Positions 20,186 through 30,519 of a DNA stretch of 64,000 bases are shown here, piece by piece. Within the stretch, counting starts at the first letter, position 1. Every line of letters starts with the position of its first letter. Both the position numbers and the translations under genes were made by a program. The notes beneath the pieces are model-generated. The model was given only the letters and a program-made list of their open reading frames with translations, made no database searches and had not been told where the DNA came from. Source of the DNA: an uncultured Desulfospira sp. (GTDB lineage: Bacteria; Desulfobacterota; Desulfobacteria; Desulfobacterales; Desulfobacteraceae); the NCBI GenBank assembly GCA_963663165.1, contig OY760175.1, positions 5,536,001 through 5,600,000 of the forward strand, read 5' to 3'.

Positions 20186-20600
20186 TTGGACCTCCGGCTA
20201 TATTGAGGCTTTTTTGAAAAATCTCCCCGATTGAGATAAGGCCACTGCCGCCGGTGGGTTGCTTAGGCGCCTTGGACGTCGGTGCTGCAACATTTTTTTT
20301 GGGAAGGGAAAGCACTTGAAACAGTCGGCCGTCAAAGGCTATGAGATCTTTATCAATGAGCCCGTTCCTGGCCTGGATATATTCGTCCAGGCGGATGGCC
20401 GTCAATGAACAGATTTTATCATAGCCGTAATAAGACATTCCCTGACGATCTGCCACCATCACCAGAAAAAGGTACAGCACAAGCTCCTGGTGGTTCAGGC
20501 TGCCCCAATACCCCTGGCGGATAAACCGGTGGCTTATCCATGCGAAACTGCCGTTAATTTTTCTAATTCGATGGTCCTTCAACGGTTCCTTGGTAATCAT
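20178..20600 (-). CDS. wHTH/replication-initiator-like hypothetical protein (homolog of 33148..33588)
   Basis: RIRKINGSFAWISHRF...LYLFLVMVADRQGMSYYGYDKIC; start at MITKEP inferred from the GGAGG RBS. Confidence 0.7.
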   Translation of the reverse strand: MITKEPLKDHRIRKINGSFAWISHRFIRQGYWGSLNHQELVLYLFLVMVADRQGMSYYGYDKICSLTAIRLDEYIQARNGLIDKDLIAFDGRLFQVLSLPKKNVAAPTSKAPKQPTGGSGLISIGEIFQKSLNIAGGPND

Positions 20601-21033
20601 TTTTACCCTCCTTGGAAATATAATGATGAAAATTGTCGCCTGAATACCGTCTGCCATATCCCCGCCGGGGGAATTGATCTACAATCAGACCTTTTCTTCC
20701 GCAAAAACAGCAGCATGGATGGGAAGACGGAGGCGTTACCCGAAGACTATCATTGGATTTGGAGGGTGTTGAAGTGTCATCATCCACGGTTTTTTGAGAA
20801 TTTCTTAATCTCCGCTCTTTTTCCTGCCGACGATGGGCTAACTTACCTTTTTCAGTTTGTCGATATTTCTTCTGGGCGTTACGGTGAGCTTCTCTTTGAG
20901 CAGTTTCCCGACAGGATTCACAGCAATAAATCTGTCCACGCCAGCAACTGTGGCAGATATAAAAAATGCTGCCGCATCGTTTACACTGGATTTCTTTTAA
21001 TAAAACGATCTCCACATTTTCCGTTCTTGCCAT
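20563..21033 (-). CDS. Cys-rich Zn-finger protein (homolog of 32769..33155)
   Basis: CKRC...ICHSCWRGQIYCCESC...YRQTEKGK...CCFCG...QFPRRGYG; the in-frame ORF runs on past the homology. Confidence 0.7.
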   Translation of the reverse strand: MARTENVEIVLLKEIQCKRCGSIFYICHSCWRGQIYCCESCRETAQREAHRNAQKKYRQTEKGKLAHRRQEKERRLRNSQKTVDDDTSTPSKSNDSLRVTPPSSHPCCCFCGRKGLIVDQFPRRGYGRRYSGDNFHHYISKEGKNDYQGTVEGPSN

Positions 21034-21592
21034 AAAACGGAAGCCGTGATTATATGAAGATGTTGGGTAGCTTCCGTATTTTATATGGATGTCTGCTTTT
21101 TGAAGGCTCGAAGCGGCCTACTTCGAGCCTTCCTTATTTTTCAAATCCATCCAAGAAACAAAACCAAATTCAAAGAAAAAAAGGAAGAAAATATATTTTT
21201 AAAATATGGGATGAAGAAGAGACAAAGTAAAAAGGATGGAGGCTTTGTTACCGGCTAAAGGGGTGGCCTGCTTCATCGCCATAGGTGGGGACGGTTACGA
21301 CCGGCGGTAACAATCATTTACAGATTCCATCCAAGATCAGGGATGGCTACTTTCGTTTTCTATGCCCTTTGTGCAATGAATTTCAAACCGCTGTAAATCC
21401 AGCCACGAACCTGGCCAGGTGCTTCAGATGCGAAAAGAATTTTAATACCATCGACCTTGTCATGAAAATCAAGGGTTATGGCTTCCGGGATAGTGTTTTG
21501 TTTTTGAAACAAATAAATACGGCCCCCCAGGTTCAGACCGCAAAATTGACGGCTCTTGCTGCTATGGTCGGCAGACCCATGCCGGCAGGGCA

Positions 21593-22156
21593 GTGAATAT
21601 GGAACGGTTGCTTGAGCTTGAAACCCTGATTGGTCGCAACCAGGAATGTTTTTACAAAATCGGCCGGGCCTTGAAGGAAATTCGAGATAACCGTTTGTAC
21701 AAACAGGCTTTGTTTGAGTCATTTGAAACATATACCAGGCAGCGATGGGATATGGGCAAGGCTTATGCCTACCGCCTGATCAGAGCCTATGAAGTGATCT
21801 ACAATTTGTCGCCAATTGGCGACAAGCTACCTGCCAACGAATCCCAGGTCCGTCCCCTGACTCAAATGGACTCCATAGAACAACGCCGTATCTGGAGGGA
21901 GATTATAAACAGCGGCATGGAACTGACCGCACAAAATATCAAAAAATTTATTGAGGCCCGGAAAACGGCTCCGGCAAGTAGACCGGATCTGACAAATAAA
22001 ATTTCAAATGAATACATGGCTGTTGTAAAGGCAATGCTTGAGCAGGTCCGTGTGGCACAACATGATCATTGGCAGCAGACCTCCCGCCAAGCCGCATTGT
22101 TGTGGCACCGGGTCATATACGAAAAGATCATATCAAAGGGGGCAGATAATGGATGA
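21593..22156 (+). CDS. Hypothetical DNA-binding accessory protein
   Basis: IGRALKEIRDNRLY...FETYTRQRW...PANESQVRPL; coupled to its neighbours. Confidence 0.7.
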   Translation: MNMERLLELETLIGRNQECFYKIGRALKEIRDNRLYKQALFESFETYTRQRWDMGKAYAYRLIRAYEVIYNLSPIGDKLPANESQVRPLTQMDSIEQRRIWREIINSGMELTAQNIKKFIEARKTAPASRPDLTNKISNEYMAVVKAMLEQVRVAQHDHWQQTSRQAALLWHRVIYEKIISKGADNG

Positions 22157-23813
22157 CCTAAGCATTGACGACCGCTTCCACTTACTGCTGCACAAAAAAA
22201 TCATGAACAAAACTGGATCTGCCAAGAGAAGATCCAAAAAATATTACAAGGACCAGTACAAAAAAAACGGGATTATCCCGCCTCCCCTTTTACTGGTTGA
22301 AAAAGGAATTATGGATGGCCGCAAGTGCAGCGGGCGGCCCAGAGTCATAGACGAACAAACCCAAAGGCGGTTTATTGAAATGGTCAAGGCGTCATGCGAC
22401 CCCTCATCCCAGGGGTTCATTTTTATCACCCGGAGAGCCAGGACCATTAAAAATTACCACTGCTGGCTTGAGGAAGAGCTGGGGAAAAAAATCAGTCTCC
22501 CTGCACTTTGGCGATGCGCCAAAAGGGAGAATCTCAAATTTTACCTGGAAAAAGAGGACGATCAGGAGCCGTCACCGGCACGTTATACCTTCAAATCGGT
22601 TACGGTGTTTACCTTGATCCAGGTTGACGGTTGCAAGTTCCAATATTTAAGAATCAGAGATGAACATGGCAACTGGCAGAAACCACGGGTAATTGAAATA
22701 TTCGATACCGGCTCCAGGAAACTGTTTATTATGGAATTCTATTTTACCGAAAGCAATCTGAATTCTGTGGATCTTTTTACCCGTTTTTTGTTGTGCACAC
22801 CTTTTCCTTTGATAACAATCGGTATCAGGCCTGATCGGGCAAAGGGATTTTTAAATCTCAAGCGTCCCATTAATGCGATTAACCTTGCGCATTCTACGCC
22901 GGGCGGTTTTTATTTGGCACCGGATTTTTCAAGGGCGCATTCCCCCAAAGATAAGGCGCATCTGGAATCTTCACACCGAAGCCTGCATAATTTTGAAATA
23001 CGAATTATCAAAGCGTTTGAGAGCAGGATTGTGAAAACCGTTACCGAATATGACTTCAAGCGGGGAAGAAAGGAAAAAGTTACTGTAACCCTTCTTGATA
23101 TCACCCTTGATGAATTGAGGAACAGCACTGTGCTCAGCCAATACCGCAACGAACACAATCATACACAACATTATTTTACCGAAGACGGCGTAGTCAGTGC
23201 CTGGGTGCCGGCACAAAAGTTTGATGATTTTTTATCAAATCAGACAGACACCCTGAATTTTACCCCGGAGCAGGTTCAGGAATATATGAAATACGGTTAC
23301 AGGAAAATCAAAGCCACGGTATCCAAAAATAGAACCATCCGCCATGACAAAAGGGATTATTATGTGACCAGTGGTGCAGACCGGTTCAGCAGGCATAAAA
23401 GTACACCGGTAAAAATATCCAGATACAGGGACAAACTTTTTATCTTTGAGCCCAGTGAAGACGGCATCCTGATAGGCGAAGCCATTGCAAAAAAGCCGTT
23501 TGACAGCCCGCCGTCTCCAGCGACCGCTCCTGTACCCGACGAACTCGACACCATTATCGCTCTTTTGGAAAAGCACAATATGGCCGTTGACCGGCCTATT
23601 TTAATCGAAGTTTACCATAAAGGCCTCACCTTGTCCCTGGCGGAGCAAGTGCTTCACCATAATCAATCAAGGTACGCAGATTACATGAAAAAAATGAACC
23701 AGCCTGAGGAACGTAAAAATCAAGCCTTATTTAATGCTTTTATGCTTGATTGCCAAAAATCGTTAAATACGAATCAGGTGGCCACTTATGCATCCCACGG
23801 AGATATGCCATGA
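22149..23813 (+). CDS. Divergent DDE integrase-core transposase
   Basis: IQVDGC, IFDTGS, IRPD, KAHLESSH spacing resembles Mu/IS21 DDE; followed by an AAA gene. Confidence 0.65.
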   Translation: MDDLSIDDRFHLLLHKKIMNKTGSAKRRSKKYYKDQYKKNGIIPPPLLLVEKGIMDGRKCSGRPRVIDEQTQRRFIEMVKASCDPSSQGFIFITRRARTIKNYHCWLEEELGKKISLPALWRCAKRENLKFYLEKEDDQEPSPARYTFKSVTVFTLIQVDGCKFQYLRIRDEHGNWQKPRVIEIFDTGSRKLFIMEFYFTESNLNSVDLFTRFLLCTPFPLITIGIRPDRAKGFLNLKRPINAINLAHSTPGGFYLAPDFSRAHSPKDKAHLESSHRSLHNFEIRIIKAFESRIVKTVTEYDFKRGRKEKVTVTLLDITLDELRNSTVLSQYRNEHNHTQHYFTEDGVVSAWVPAQKFDDFLSNQTDTLNFTPEQVQEYMKYGYRKIKATVSKNRTIRHDKRDYYVTSGADRFSRHKSTPVKISRYRDKLFIFEPSEDGILIGEAIAKKPFDSPPSPATAPVPDELDTIIALLEKHNMAVDRPILIEVYHKGLTLSLAEQVLHHNQSRYADYMKKMNQPEERKNQALFNAFMLDCQKSLNTNQVATYASHGDMP

Positions 23814-24457
23814 AAGAGGATTTTATCAGTGATAAACGAAGGGTCTCATACCTGTCTGCTACTTATAACAGGATATACAGGGGTCAAAGCGTACTCATTG
23901 AAGGGGATTTTGGCGCAGGCAAAACTCGTTTTTTAAGACTGCTGCGGCCTAAAAAGCTCCATGCCGTATGGGTCGAGTCTCTGTTCAACATCCATGAAAC
24001 CCTGGCATCCATACTTAAAGAACTGAATTATGAGACCTCCGCCACTTACCGCCGGACTCCCCAGTACCTGAAAACGATCTGCAACCTATCCAATTGTTTT
24101 ATCATCATAGATGAAGCCAACGACCTGGACTCCCGGGTTTGGCCATATCTCAAACGAATTATTGATGCCGGTGTCCCCATCGTATTTGCAGGGCTCCCCA
24201 AGGTCAGAACCTATTTGAGCCGGAATCATCCCGATATACTCAGCCGGCTCAAAACTCTGATTTTATATCCCATAGAGGTCGAGGACTTCATTGAAAAATA
24301 CAAAGATATCCAGCATGAAGCAGTTGAACAGATATATATGGCCGTCAAAGGCGACATGAGAAAATTTAAAGAAATCTGTACAGACTGTCAGGACAGGGCA
24401 AAGGAGTTGAACCACAACTTTGTTGATATCAATCTTGCCCTGGAATTTATATCCTGA
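23810..24457 (+). CDS. AAA+ ATPase (transposition helper); last codons displaced to 28667-28684
   Basis: GDFGAGKT Walker A, IIIDEA Walker B; the stop codon is supplied by the inserted element's TGA. Confidence 0.8.
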   Translation: MKEDFISDKRRVSYLSATYNRIYRGQSVLIEGDFGAGKTRFLRLLRPKKLHAVWVESLFNIHETLASILKELNYETSATYRRTPQYLKTICNLSNCFIIIDEANDLDSRVWPYLKRIIDAGVPIVFAGLPKVRTYLSRNHPDILSRLKTLILYPIEVEDFIEKYKDIQHEAVEQIYMAVKGDMRKFKEICTDCQDRAKELNHNFVDINLALEFIS

Positions 24458-24592
24458 GAATGGTCACAAAAAATCATGGAAAAATTGAAGATAATTTGCA
24501 AGATATGTCAGGTTTGAGGCAGAAGTTCCCCTGTTTATCTCGCAAATAATCGTGAAACTCCTGCCTCCCCACCCAATAACAGGGCAGGAGAT

Positions 24593-25180
24593 ATGCTATC
24601 AGAAGTTCTGAAAAACGAAAGTTTTTTTTGGGATCTATACAAAATAGATCTGGCAACAGCCGAACGTTATAGACAGATGAAGTGCCCCCACTGCCAGGGA
24701 CCGTTGTATTATGCCAATTATCCGCGCAAACCCAGGGGGGAGCCTGAAGGGTTGTCTGAAGAATGTTTTTTACAATTCAGTTTATGTTGCGGAAGGGAAG
24801 GCTGTCGACGTCGTTTGATCCCGCCAACCTGCCGTTTCCTTGGTAAAAACATTTACTGGTATGCGGCCATTCTGACGATTGTGTCCGACTGGCAGAACCA
24901 ATCTGTAGGTATCACGATGTCCAGGTTTGCTGAAACAATCGGTATCTCCCGCAACACCCTTAGCCGCTGGGTCAGCTTATTCAAAGAAATATTTCCAACA
25001 AGCTCTCAATGGAAGAAAATCCGGGGCCGAGTACCTGCAAGCGTAAAAAATGATCGTCTTCCAGCAAGTTTGGTCAACTTCTATCTGCATCAACAGGCGT
25101 CCATCAAAAAAACGTTGATCTCCTGTTTGTCATTCTTGTCTCAAGGCAGTGAAATATCACAAAAAATAAGGGCCGGGTAA
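24593..25180 (+). CDS. Zn-ribbon/HTH accessory protein
   Basis: CPHC...ANYPRKPRG...SLCC...CRRR; ISRNTLSRW. Confidence 0.7.
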   Translation: MLSEVLKNESFFWDLYKIDLATAERYRQMKCPHCQGPLYYANYPRKPRGEPEGLSEECFLQFSLCCGREGCRRRLIPPTCRFLGKNIYWYAAILTIVSDWQNQSVGITMSRFAETIGISRNTLSRWVSLFKEIFPTSSQWKKIRGRVPASVKNDRLPASLVNFYLHQQASIKKTLISCLSFLSQGSEISQKIRAG

Positions 25181-25295
25181 TCTCACGCAGAAGATGGGCG
25201 TGGCCTTGGGCGCTCAACTGTTCTATCAAAGGGGCCGGGATTTTTATCAGCATTTCGCTGAAAATTTTAACTCAAAATTGAAAGGACCCCGGCCT

Positions 25296-26741
25296 ATGAA
25301 CAGTAAAAACCAAAGTCCGGTTGATAACTGGGCTTTGTTTCGCTTCTCAGTCGTTGGCGGTTTGCTGGCAAATCCGCCGGCCAAAGGTGAGCTGCGCAAG
25401 GAACTGGAAAAGCTTTCCTATCAGATTTACACCCATCCCATCACGAACGAATCAACGGTATTTCATTTTTCAACTATTGAAAGCTGGTATTACAAGGCAA
25501 AAAATGCCCAGGACCCCATTATTGCTTTAGGGCGGAAAGTTCGTTCTGACTATGGCGGTTCAATTGTATTCACACCTGAACTGATCCGGATGCTGGGCAG
25601 ACAATACCGGACTTATCCGAACTGGAGCTACAAACTGCACGCAGATAATTTCGCAGCAGAACTCCAGGAAAAGGAGGCTTCAGTATCGGTACCATCCTAT
25701 GCCAGTGTCCGGCGGCGGATGATCGAAAGGGGGTGGACCAGGAAGCCCTCAGCAAAGAAAAAACAGACAGCGGGTATGAAAATTGCCGCAAAGCGGTTCG
25801 AAAGCCATGAAATCCGAGGATACGAAGCAGAATATGTTCACAGCCTGTGGCATCTGGATTTTCATGAAGGCAGTCTGCGGGTGGTGGATAACAACGGTAA
25901 CTGGTATACGCCCAAAGCCTTATGTATTCTTGACGACCATTCCCGCCTGTGCTGCCACATCCAATGGTATTCAGGAGAAACCACCCAGGATTTGATTCAT
26001 GGATTGACCCAGGCATTTTTCAAAAGGGGGCTTCCCAGGGCACTGATGACGGACAACGGATCTGCCATGACCTCCCATGAGTTTTGCAACGGTCTTAAAA
26101 AAACAGGGATACTTCATGAAACGACACTGCCCTACAGCCCTTATCAAAACGGTAAGCAGGAAGCCTTTTGGGGAACCCTTGAAGGCAGATTGATGGCCAT
26201 GCTGACCCGGGTGGACCCTCTGACACTGGAATATCTCAATCACAGCAGTCAGGCCTGGGTCGAGATGGAATATAACAAAACCAGGCATAGTGACATCGGC
26301 ACATCTCCTGTTCAACGCATGCTTGAAGGCAAAGATGTTTCCCGGCCGGCACCGGATGAAGAGCAACTGAGGTTCGCCTTTACAGTCTGCGAATCCAGAA
26401 ATCAGCGAAAATCTGACGGTACCGTGTCCATCAACGGGGTAAGATTTGAGATCCCTTCCCGGTTTCACCATATCCCTCGGTTACATGTCTGCTTTGCCAA
26501 TTGGGATAAATCCATGGCCTGGCTCATGGACCAGAGAACCGGCAAACAGATTGCGCAGATCTACCCCCAGGACAAAATCAAAAATGCTTCAGGAAAACGA
26601 AAGATCAAGTCGAGACCTGAGCATACCATTCTACCGGATGAAACATTGAAAGAATCCGAGCCTGCATTATTAAGAAAACTGATGGCCGAGTATGCCCAAA
26701 GCGGCATGCCTCCAGCCTATCTTCCCAAAGGAGAATCATGA
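25296..26741 (+). CDS. DDE transposase (rve core, Mu-like C-terminus)
   Basis: LWHLDFH, LDDHSRL, TDNGSAM, PYQNGKQE. Confidence 0.88.
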   Translation: MNSKNQSPVDNWALFRFSVVGGLLANPPAKGELRKELEKLSYQIYTHPITNESTVFHFSTIESWYYKAKNAQDPIIALGRKVRSDYGGSIVFTPELIRMLGRQYRTYPNWSYKLHADNFAAELQEKEASVSVPSYASVRRRMIERGWTRKPSAKKKQTAGMKIAAKRFESHEIRGYEAEYVHSLWHLDFHEGSLRVVDNNGNWYTPKALCILDDHSRLCCHIQWYSGETTQDLIHGLTQAFFKRGLPRALMTDNGSAMTSHEFCNGLKKTGILHETTLPYSPYQNGKQEAFWGTLEGRLMAMLTRVDPLTLEYLNHSSQAWVEMEYNKTRHSDIGTSPVQRMLEGKDVSRPAPDEEQLRFAFTVCESRNQRKSDGTVSINGVRFEIPSRFHHIPRLHVCFANWDKSMAWLMDQRTGKQIAQIYPQDKIKNASGKRKIKSRPEHTILPDETLKESEPALLRKLMAEYAQSGMPPAYLPKGES

Positions 26742-27565
26742 ACAACAAACAGCTTCTGGCTTATTACGGCCTTAAATGGAACCCTTTTTTTCCTAATATC
26801 CCCGTGGAAGCCTTATGGCATCCGCCATTGATGAACAGTTTTATTTTTCGTCTTGAGAATATGACCCTGAACGGGGGCTTTGCTTTGATCAGCGGGGACC
26901 CCGGCCTTGGCAAATCCAAGGCGTTGCAGATGATTGCCCAAAAGTTCGGTAAACTTGACGAGGTAGTTGTCGGGGTAATGGAACGTCCCCAAAGCAGTGT
27001 CGGAGACTTTTACCGGGAAATGGGAGTTTTGTTTGGTGTCAATTTGAGCCCTGCCAACCGGTACGGCGGGTTCAAGGATCTTCGGGAGCGCTGGAAAAGT
27101 CATGTAAAAACCACCTTGTTCCGGCCCATCCTGCTCATAGATGAGGCCCAGGAGATGCTGACCGGATGCTTAAATGAACTGCGTTTGTTGAACAGCGCGG
27201 ACTTTGACTCCCAAAACCTGTTGACCACCGTGATTTGCGGCGATGACCGGCTCCCGGAACGGTTCAGATCAAGATCCCTGGTATCGCTGGGAAGCCGGAT
27301 GCAGTTCCGGCTGACGCTGCTTCCCTATGTCCGGGATGACCTGCTGGATTACATGGATCACAGCCTGAACCAGGCCGGCGCCCCGCACTTAATGACGAAA
27401 ACTCTGATCAGGACCCTTGCAGACCATTGCGCCGGCAACCTGCGGGTTCTTAACAATATGGCCGCAGACCTGCTGACTGCGGGGATTGAAAAAGAACTCA
27501 ATCAATTGGACGAAAAGCTTTTTATGGAAGTCTATTCCAGACAGCCGCCCAATAAAAAATCATAG
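26738..27565 (+). CDS. ExeA-like AAA ATPase
   Basis: YGLKWNPF, GDPGLGKS, LLIDEAQ, GNLR. Confidence 0.85.
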   Translation: MNNKQLLAYYGLKWNPFFPNIPVEALWHPPLMNSFIFRLENMTLNGGFALISGDPGLGKSKALQMIAQKFGKLDEVVVGVMERPQSSVGDFYREMGVLFGVNLSPANRYGGFKDLRERWKSHVKTTLFRPILLIDEAQEMLTGCLNELRLLNSADFDSQNLLTTVICGDDRLPERFRSRSLVSLGSRMQFRLTLLPYVRDDLLDYMDHSLNQAGAPHLMTKTLIRTLADHCAGNLRVLNNMAADLLTAGIEKELNQLDEKLFMEVYSRQPPNKKS

Positions 27566-27574
27566 GAGAACAAT

Positions 27575-27757
27575 ATGGGTATTTATGATGATCCGGACAT
27601 GAAACTGGAAGAAATCACACAGGAATTGGAACATTTTATCCTGGATATGGTCCTTGCCGGACTTGAAAGCTTGAATATGGAATATCGGGCCTTCAGGCGA
27701 TTCCAGAAACAAAGGCTCACGGAAAAGAACCGTCATAAAGAACACGAGCCGTTTTGA
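27575..27757 (+). CDS. Small hypothetical protein
   Basis: AGGAG RBS; lies inside the transposon operon. Confidence 0.5.
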   Translation: MGIYDDPDMKLEEITQELEHFILDMVLAGLESLNMEYRAFRRFQKQRLTEKNRHKEHEPF

Positions 27758-27794
27758 ACGTACGCCCGGACTCCAAAGGTCCGGGCCTGCCTCA

Positions 27795-28583
27795 ATGGAA
27801 AAAATACTTTGGAAAATCGGCAATTATTTTAAGCACCGCTTCAGCCTGGCAGTTCTTGATGAAATTAAGGGCCGGTGGCCCGTTCTCCCCTCTTGTAAAA
27901 ACATCCCTTATCTTAAAGCTGAAAATGCCGGAGGAAGGCACATCCTGATCAGACCTGATCCTGTTATTCAGCCTTATTATTTTCTTGCCGACGATTTAAA
28001 CATTGACCTGCTTATCCGGCATCATCAATCCATATCAAACCGCTTTAAACCAGGCAGGATGGTTATAGAAACATCTCCCGGCAATTATCAAATTTGGATT
28101 CACAGTGACCGTCCGTTAAGCCTTCCCGAAAAAAAGTATTGGTTGGAAAACATGCACAGTGATCCCGGCGCCGACCCGAAAAACAGGTGGGGCAGATGCC
28201 CCGGGTTCAGGAACAGAAAAGCAAAACACAGAACGCCTTCAGGACAATACCCTTTGGCAAAGCTATTATGGGTGGACTGGAAATGCCAGGCTATTGTCCC
28301 TGAAATAGAATTATCCTCCCAACCTCAAGAAGTCTTTTCCCATCAACCCCGGGGGGGAGTGTGCCATAACGGTAATATTTCCCGCTCCCTCTATGATAAG
28401 GGTGACGAATCTGCCACTGATTTTGCATATGCTCTGGCCCTCTATAGAAGAGGTTTCTCACGAATGGAAATTTACAATCGCATTATCAATGAAAGGCAGG
28501 ATTGGATTAATCATGCGGGTGAACGAAAAAAAACACAGTATCTGATCAGGACATTACAGAAAGCTGAAAAAATTATCAGTTAA
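27795..28583 (+). CDS. RepB-type (AEP) DNA primase-like protein
   Basis: FLADDL, VIETSPGNYQIW, GRCPGFRNRK, DESATDFAYA...YLIRTL. Confidence 0.75.
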   Translation: MEKILWKIGNYFKHRFSLAVLDEIKGRWPVLPSCKNIPYLKAENAGGRHILIRPDPVIQPYYFLADDLNIDLLIRHHQSISNRFKPGRMVIETSPGNYQIWIHSDRPLSLPEKKYWLENMHSDPGADPKNRWGRCPGFRNRKAKHRTPSGQYPLAKLLWVDWKCQAIVPEIELSSQPQEVFSHQPRGGVCHNGNISRSLYDKGDESATDFAYALALYRRGFSRMEIYNRIINERQDWINHAGERKKTQYLIRTLQKAEKIIS

Positions 28584-28995
28584 AATCGGGCTCTCTTGGC
28601 CTCCGGGAAAGCCCTTATTTACCATGAAACGTTGTCCATGAATTATCGTGATTGCTCTCAATATCCGACCTTCCTCCCCAGTAATCCTTATCACAATTTA
28701 TCTGCACTAACAGGCCACCTTGTGTTAGCACCAAGGGCGGCCTTGTTGTATCTGTTCATTATATAATGGTGCCGATGCCTGCTTGATCTATTGTTAATGT
28801 CTTGAAACCACAGACCATTTTTGAGTTCTTTTTGGACCGTTACATTATTTTGCAATTATTCTTTTGATGACGATTTCACTCAACACTTTTAAATCACAAT
28901 AAAAACATTGATTTTTATCGGTAGCATCAAGCCTCAACACCGTTACAGTATTTGAAGCTCGTCAAAGGGATGAAAAAAGAAAAAAAGGAGGCATC

Positions 28996-29775
28996 ATGAG
29001 TATGACGACCACGGAACTTGAAAAGCACTTAAAAGAACTCAGGCTGGGCGGTATGCAGGCTACCCTGGAAAGCCGGGCATTACAGGCCAATCAGTCCAAT
29101 GCAAGCCTTGTCGAAGGGCTGTCATGGCTGGTTCAGGATGAACTGGATCATCGTTCTTCAAATCTTAAACAACGCAGATTCAAGGCATCCGGCCTGGATG
29201 AACTCCAGACGCTGACGGATTTTGACTGGGGGTTCAATCCAAAACTTCCTAAAAAGGAAATTTATGAACTGGTGACCGCCAAGTTCATAAAAAATGGAGA
29301 GCATGCCCTTTTAATCGGTGCGCCGGGTACTGGAAAGAGCCGGATTGCCAAAACTATTGCCCATGCATCTGTTCAATTGTTCCAGAAAACCTTGTACCGG
29401 GAGGCCCATGTGTTTTTTGAAGACATGTTCGAAGCAGAACAAACCCATAATCAGAAAAAGATCTTCAAACTGTTTACACAGGCGGATCTTTTGGTTATTG
29501 ATGATTTGTTCCTTCGTAAAAGAATGCCCAACGATGCGGCCGATTACCTGCTGGATATCATCATCAACCGATATTCAAAAAGGAAGAGTACGGTAATAAC
29601 GTCAAACAGACCCCTTGAAGACTGGGGCTTGCTGCTCAAAGACAATGCCGCATCATCGGCCATATTGGATCGGCTGCTCCACCATGGTCACCTGCTGAAG
29701 TTCGAAGGGAAAAGCTACCGTCTCAAGGAAGCCGCTAAACGGCTCTCTGCGCCACAAAATAAGAACGAGGGATGA
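28996..29775 (+). CDS. istB: IstB ATPase of the outer IS21 element
   Basis: LTDFDWGFNP, GAPGTGKS, LLVIDDL, TSNRP, ILDRLLHH. Confidence 0.92.
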   Translation: MSMTTTELEKHLKELRLGGMQATLESRALQANQSNASLVEGLSWLVQDELDHRSSNLKQRRFKASGLDELQTLTDFDWGFNPKLPKKEIYELVTAKFIKNGEHALLIGAPGTGKSRIAKTIAHASVQLFQKTLYREAHVFFEDMFEAEQTHNQKKIFKLFTQADLLVIDDLFLRKRMPNDAADYLLDIIINRYSKRKSTVITSNRPLEDWGLLLKDNAASSAILDRLLHHGHLLKFEGKSYRLKEAAKRLSAPQNKNEG

Positions 29776-30519
29776 AAAAAGGAAAAAATCGCAGATTTTA
29801 AGAGCATAACTTAGATCTCAATATTCTGTCGCTGGGGGATTTTGACCCGGCCACAGGTGGGGGATTTTAAAGTGGCCATCCGGGCTCACAAAGAAACACC
29901 TGCCCGGGTGTGTCTGTAGTCACACCCGCCGGACGTCAGCTCCCTTTCGGGCCGGGTAATGTCGATAGTCAATAGATCCATCTCAATCCGTATCCACTTC
30001 GTTACAAAATGGCATTTGCTTCTTCCTGCATCTTACTCCCGCACCTCCATCAATGTGCCTTGCGGTTTCACCTGCCGAATGATCCCGGCGAAGATACGGG
30101 GTTTCCACGTTCCACACTATTGCCGATTAGTGGATGACTTAGGCCTGCCCTCTGCACCGGCGGCGCAACATCTCACGCGGCAGTTAGGAAACCTGCAGCC
30201 TGACCGCTCACCTTTTGGTCCAAGCTTACCAGCCTCTTTAGCTTGTTCTCCCTGACGGTACTTACGGAACATTCAATTAATTTGACCATATCATCCAAAC
30301 CCTTGCCCTCACCCGGATTGAGGCTTCCAGGAGGGTATCCGCCTCACGGCTTCCACCCCTTCCGCAGCTGCGGAATTCGGTACGTTGTCGGTTGGGCTTC
30401 ACACCGTTGCCGGATGCACCGGTAACTGCATGCCACCTAGGGTACCGGCAGGAGAATGCCGGGTTTGGTCAGGACCGACTGGCCCGCCAAACAGCCAATA
30501 ATGCGACCTCGTGTCGCAC

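Larger units (their letters stand above)
16773..21312 (-). mobile_element. Five-gene IS21-like element, copy 1 (4540 bp)
   Basis: TGTTATCGCCGGT...ACCGGCGGTAACA TIR; 7-bp TSD ATCATTT; matching copy at 43431. Confidence 0.92.
16693..21596 (+). pseudogene. CHC2-like Zn-finger protein, split by the IS21-like element
   Basis: MANRFSSRELFELRNNIPVDMLIRDH joins LQIPSK...CPLC...CFRC...NTIDLVM across the 7-bp TSD. Confidence 0.75.
24455..28660 (+). mobile_element. Mu/Tn5053-like DDE+AAA transposon with a RepB-type primase
   Basis: Imperfect TIR TGAGA...TCAC...TCATGG / CCATGA...GTGA...TCTCA; 6-bp TSD ATATCC. Confidence 0.85.
15917..28887 (+). mobile_element. Multi-gene DDE+AAA transposon inserted between istA and istB (ends approximate)
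   Basis: Inverted ends AGTGT/ACACT flanked by TTTAAA on both sides; subterminal inverted AAATAATGTAACG/CGTTACATTATTT. Confidence 0.6.
11701..29884 (+). mobile_element. IS21-family element (IstA-primase fusion + IstB) hosting nested insertions
   Basis: TIR CCCGGATGGCCAC/GTGGCCATCCGGG with repeated AAAATCCCCCA motifs; 4-bp TSD CTCA. Confidence 0.85.
11453..30519 (-). mobile_element. ORF-less group II intron (copy B, ~0.88 kb net), lacking D5/D6, split by an 18-kb transposon nest
   Basis: 5' GTGCG at 30519; 29889-30519 and 11453-11700 join to give a sequence colinear with copy D. Confidence 0.8.
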
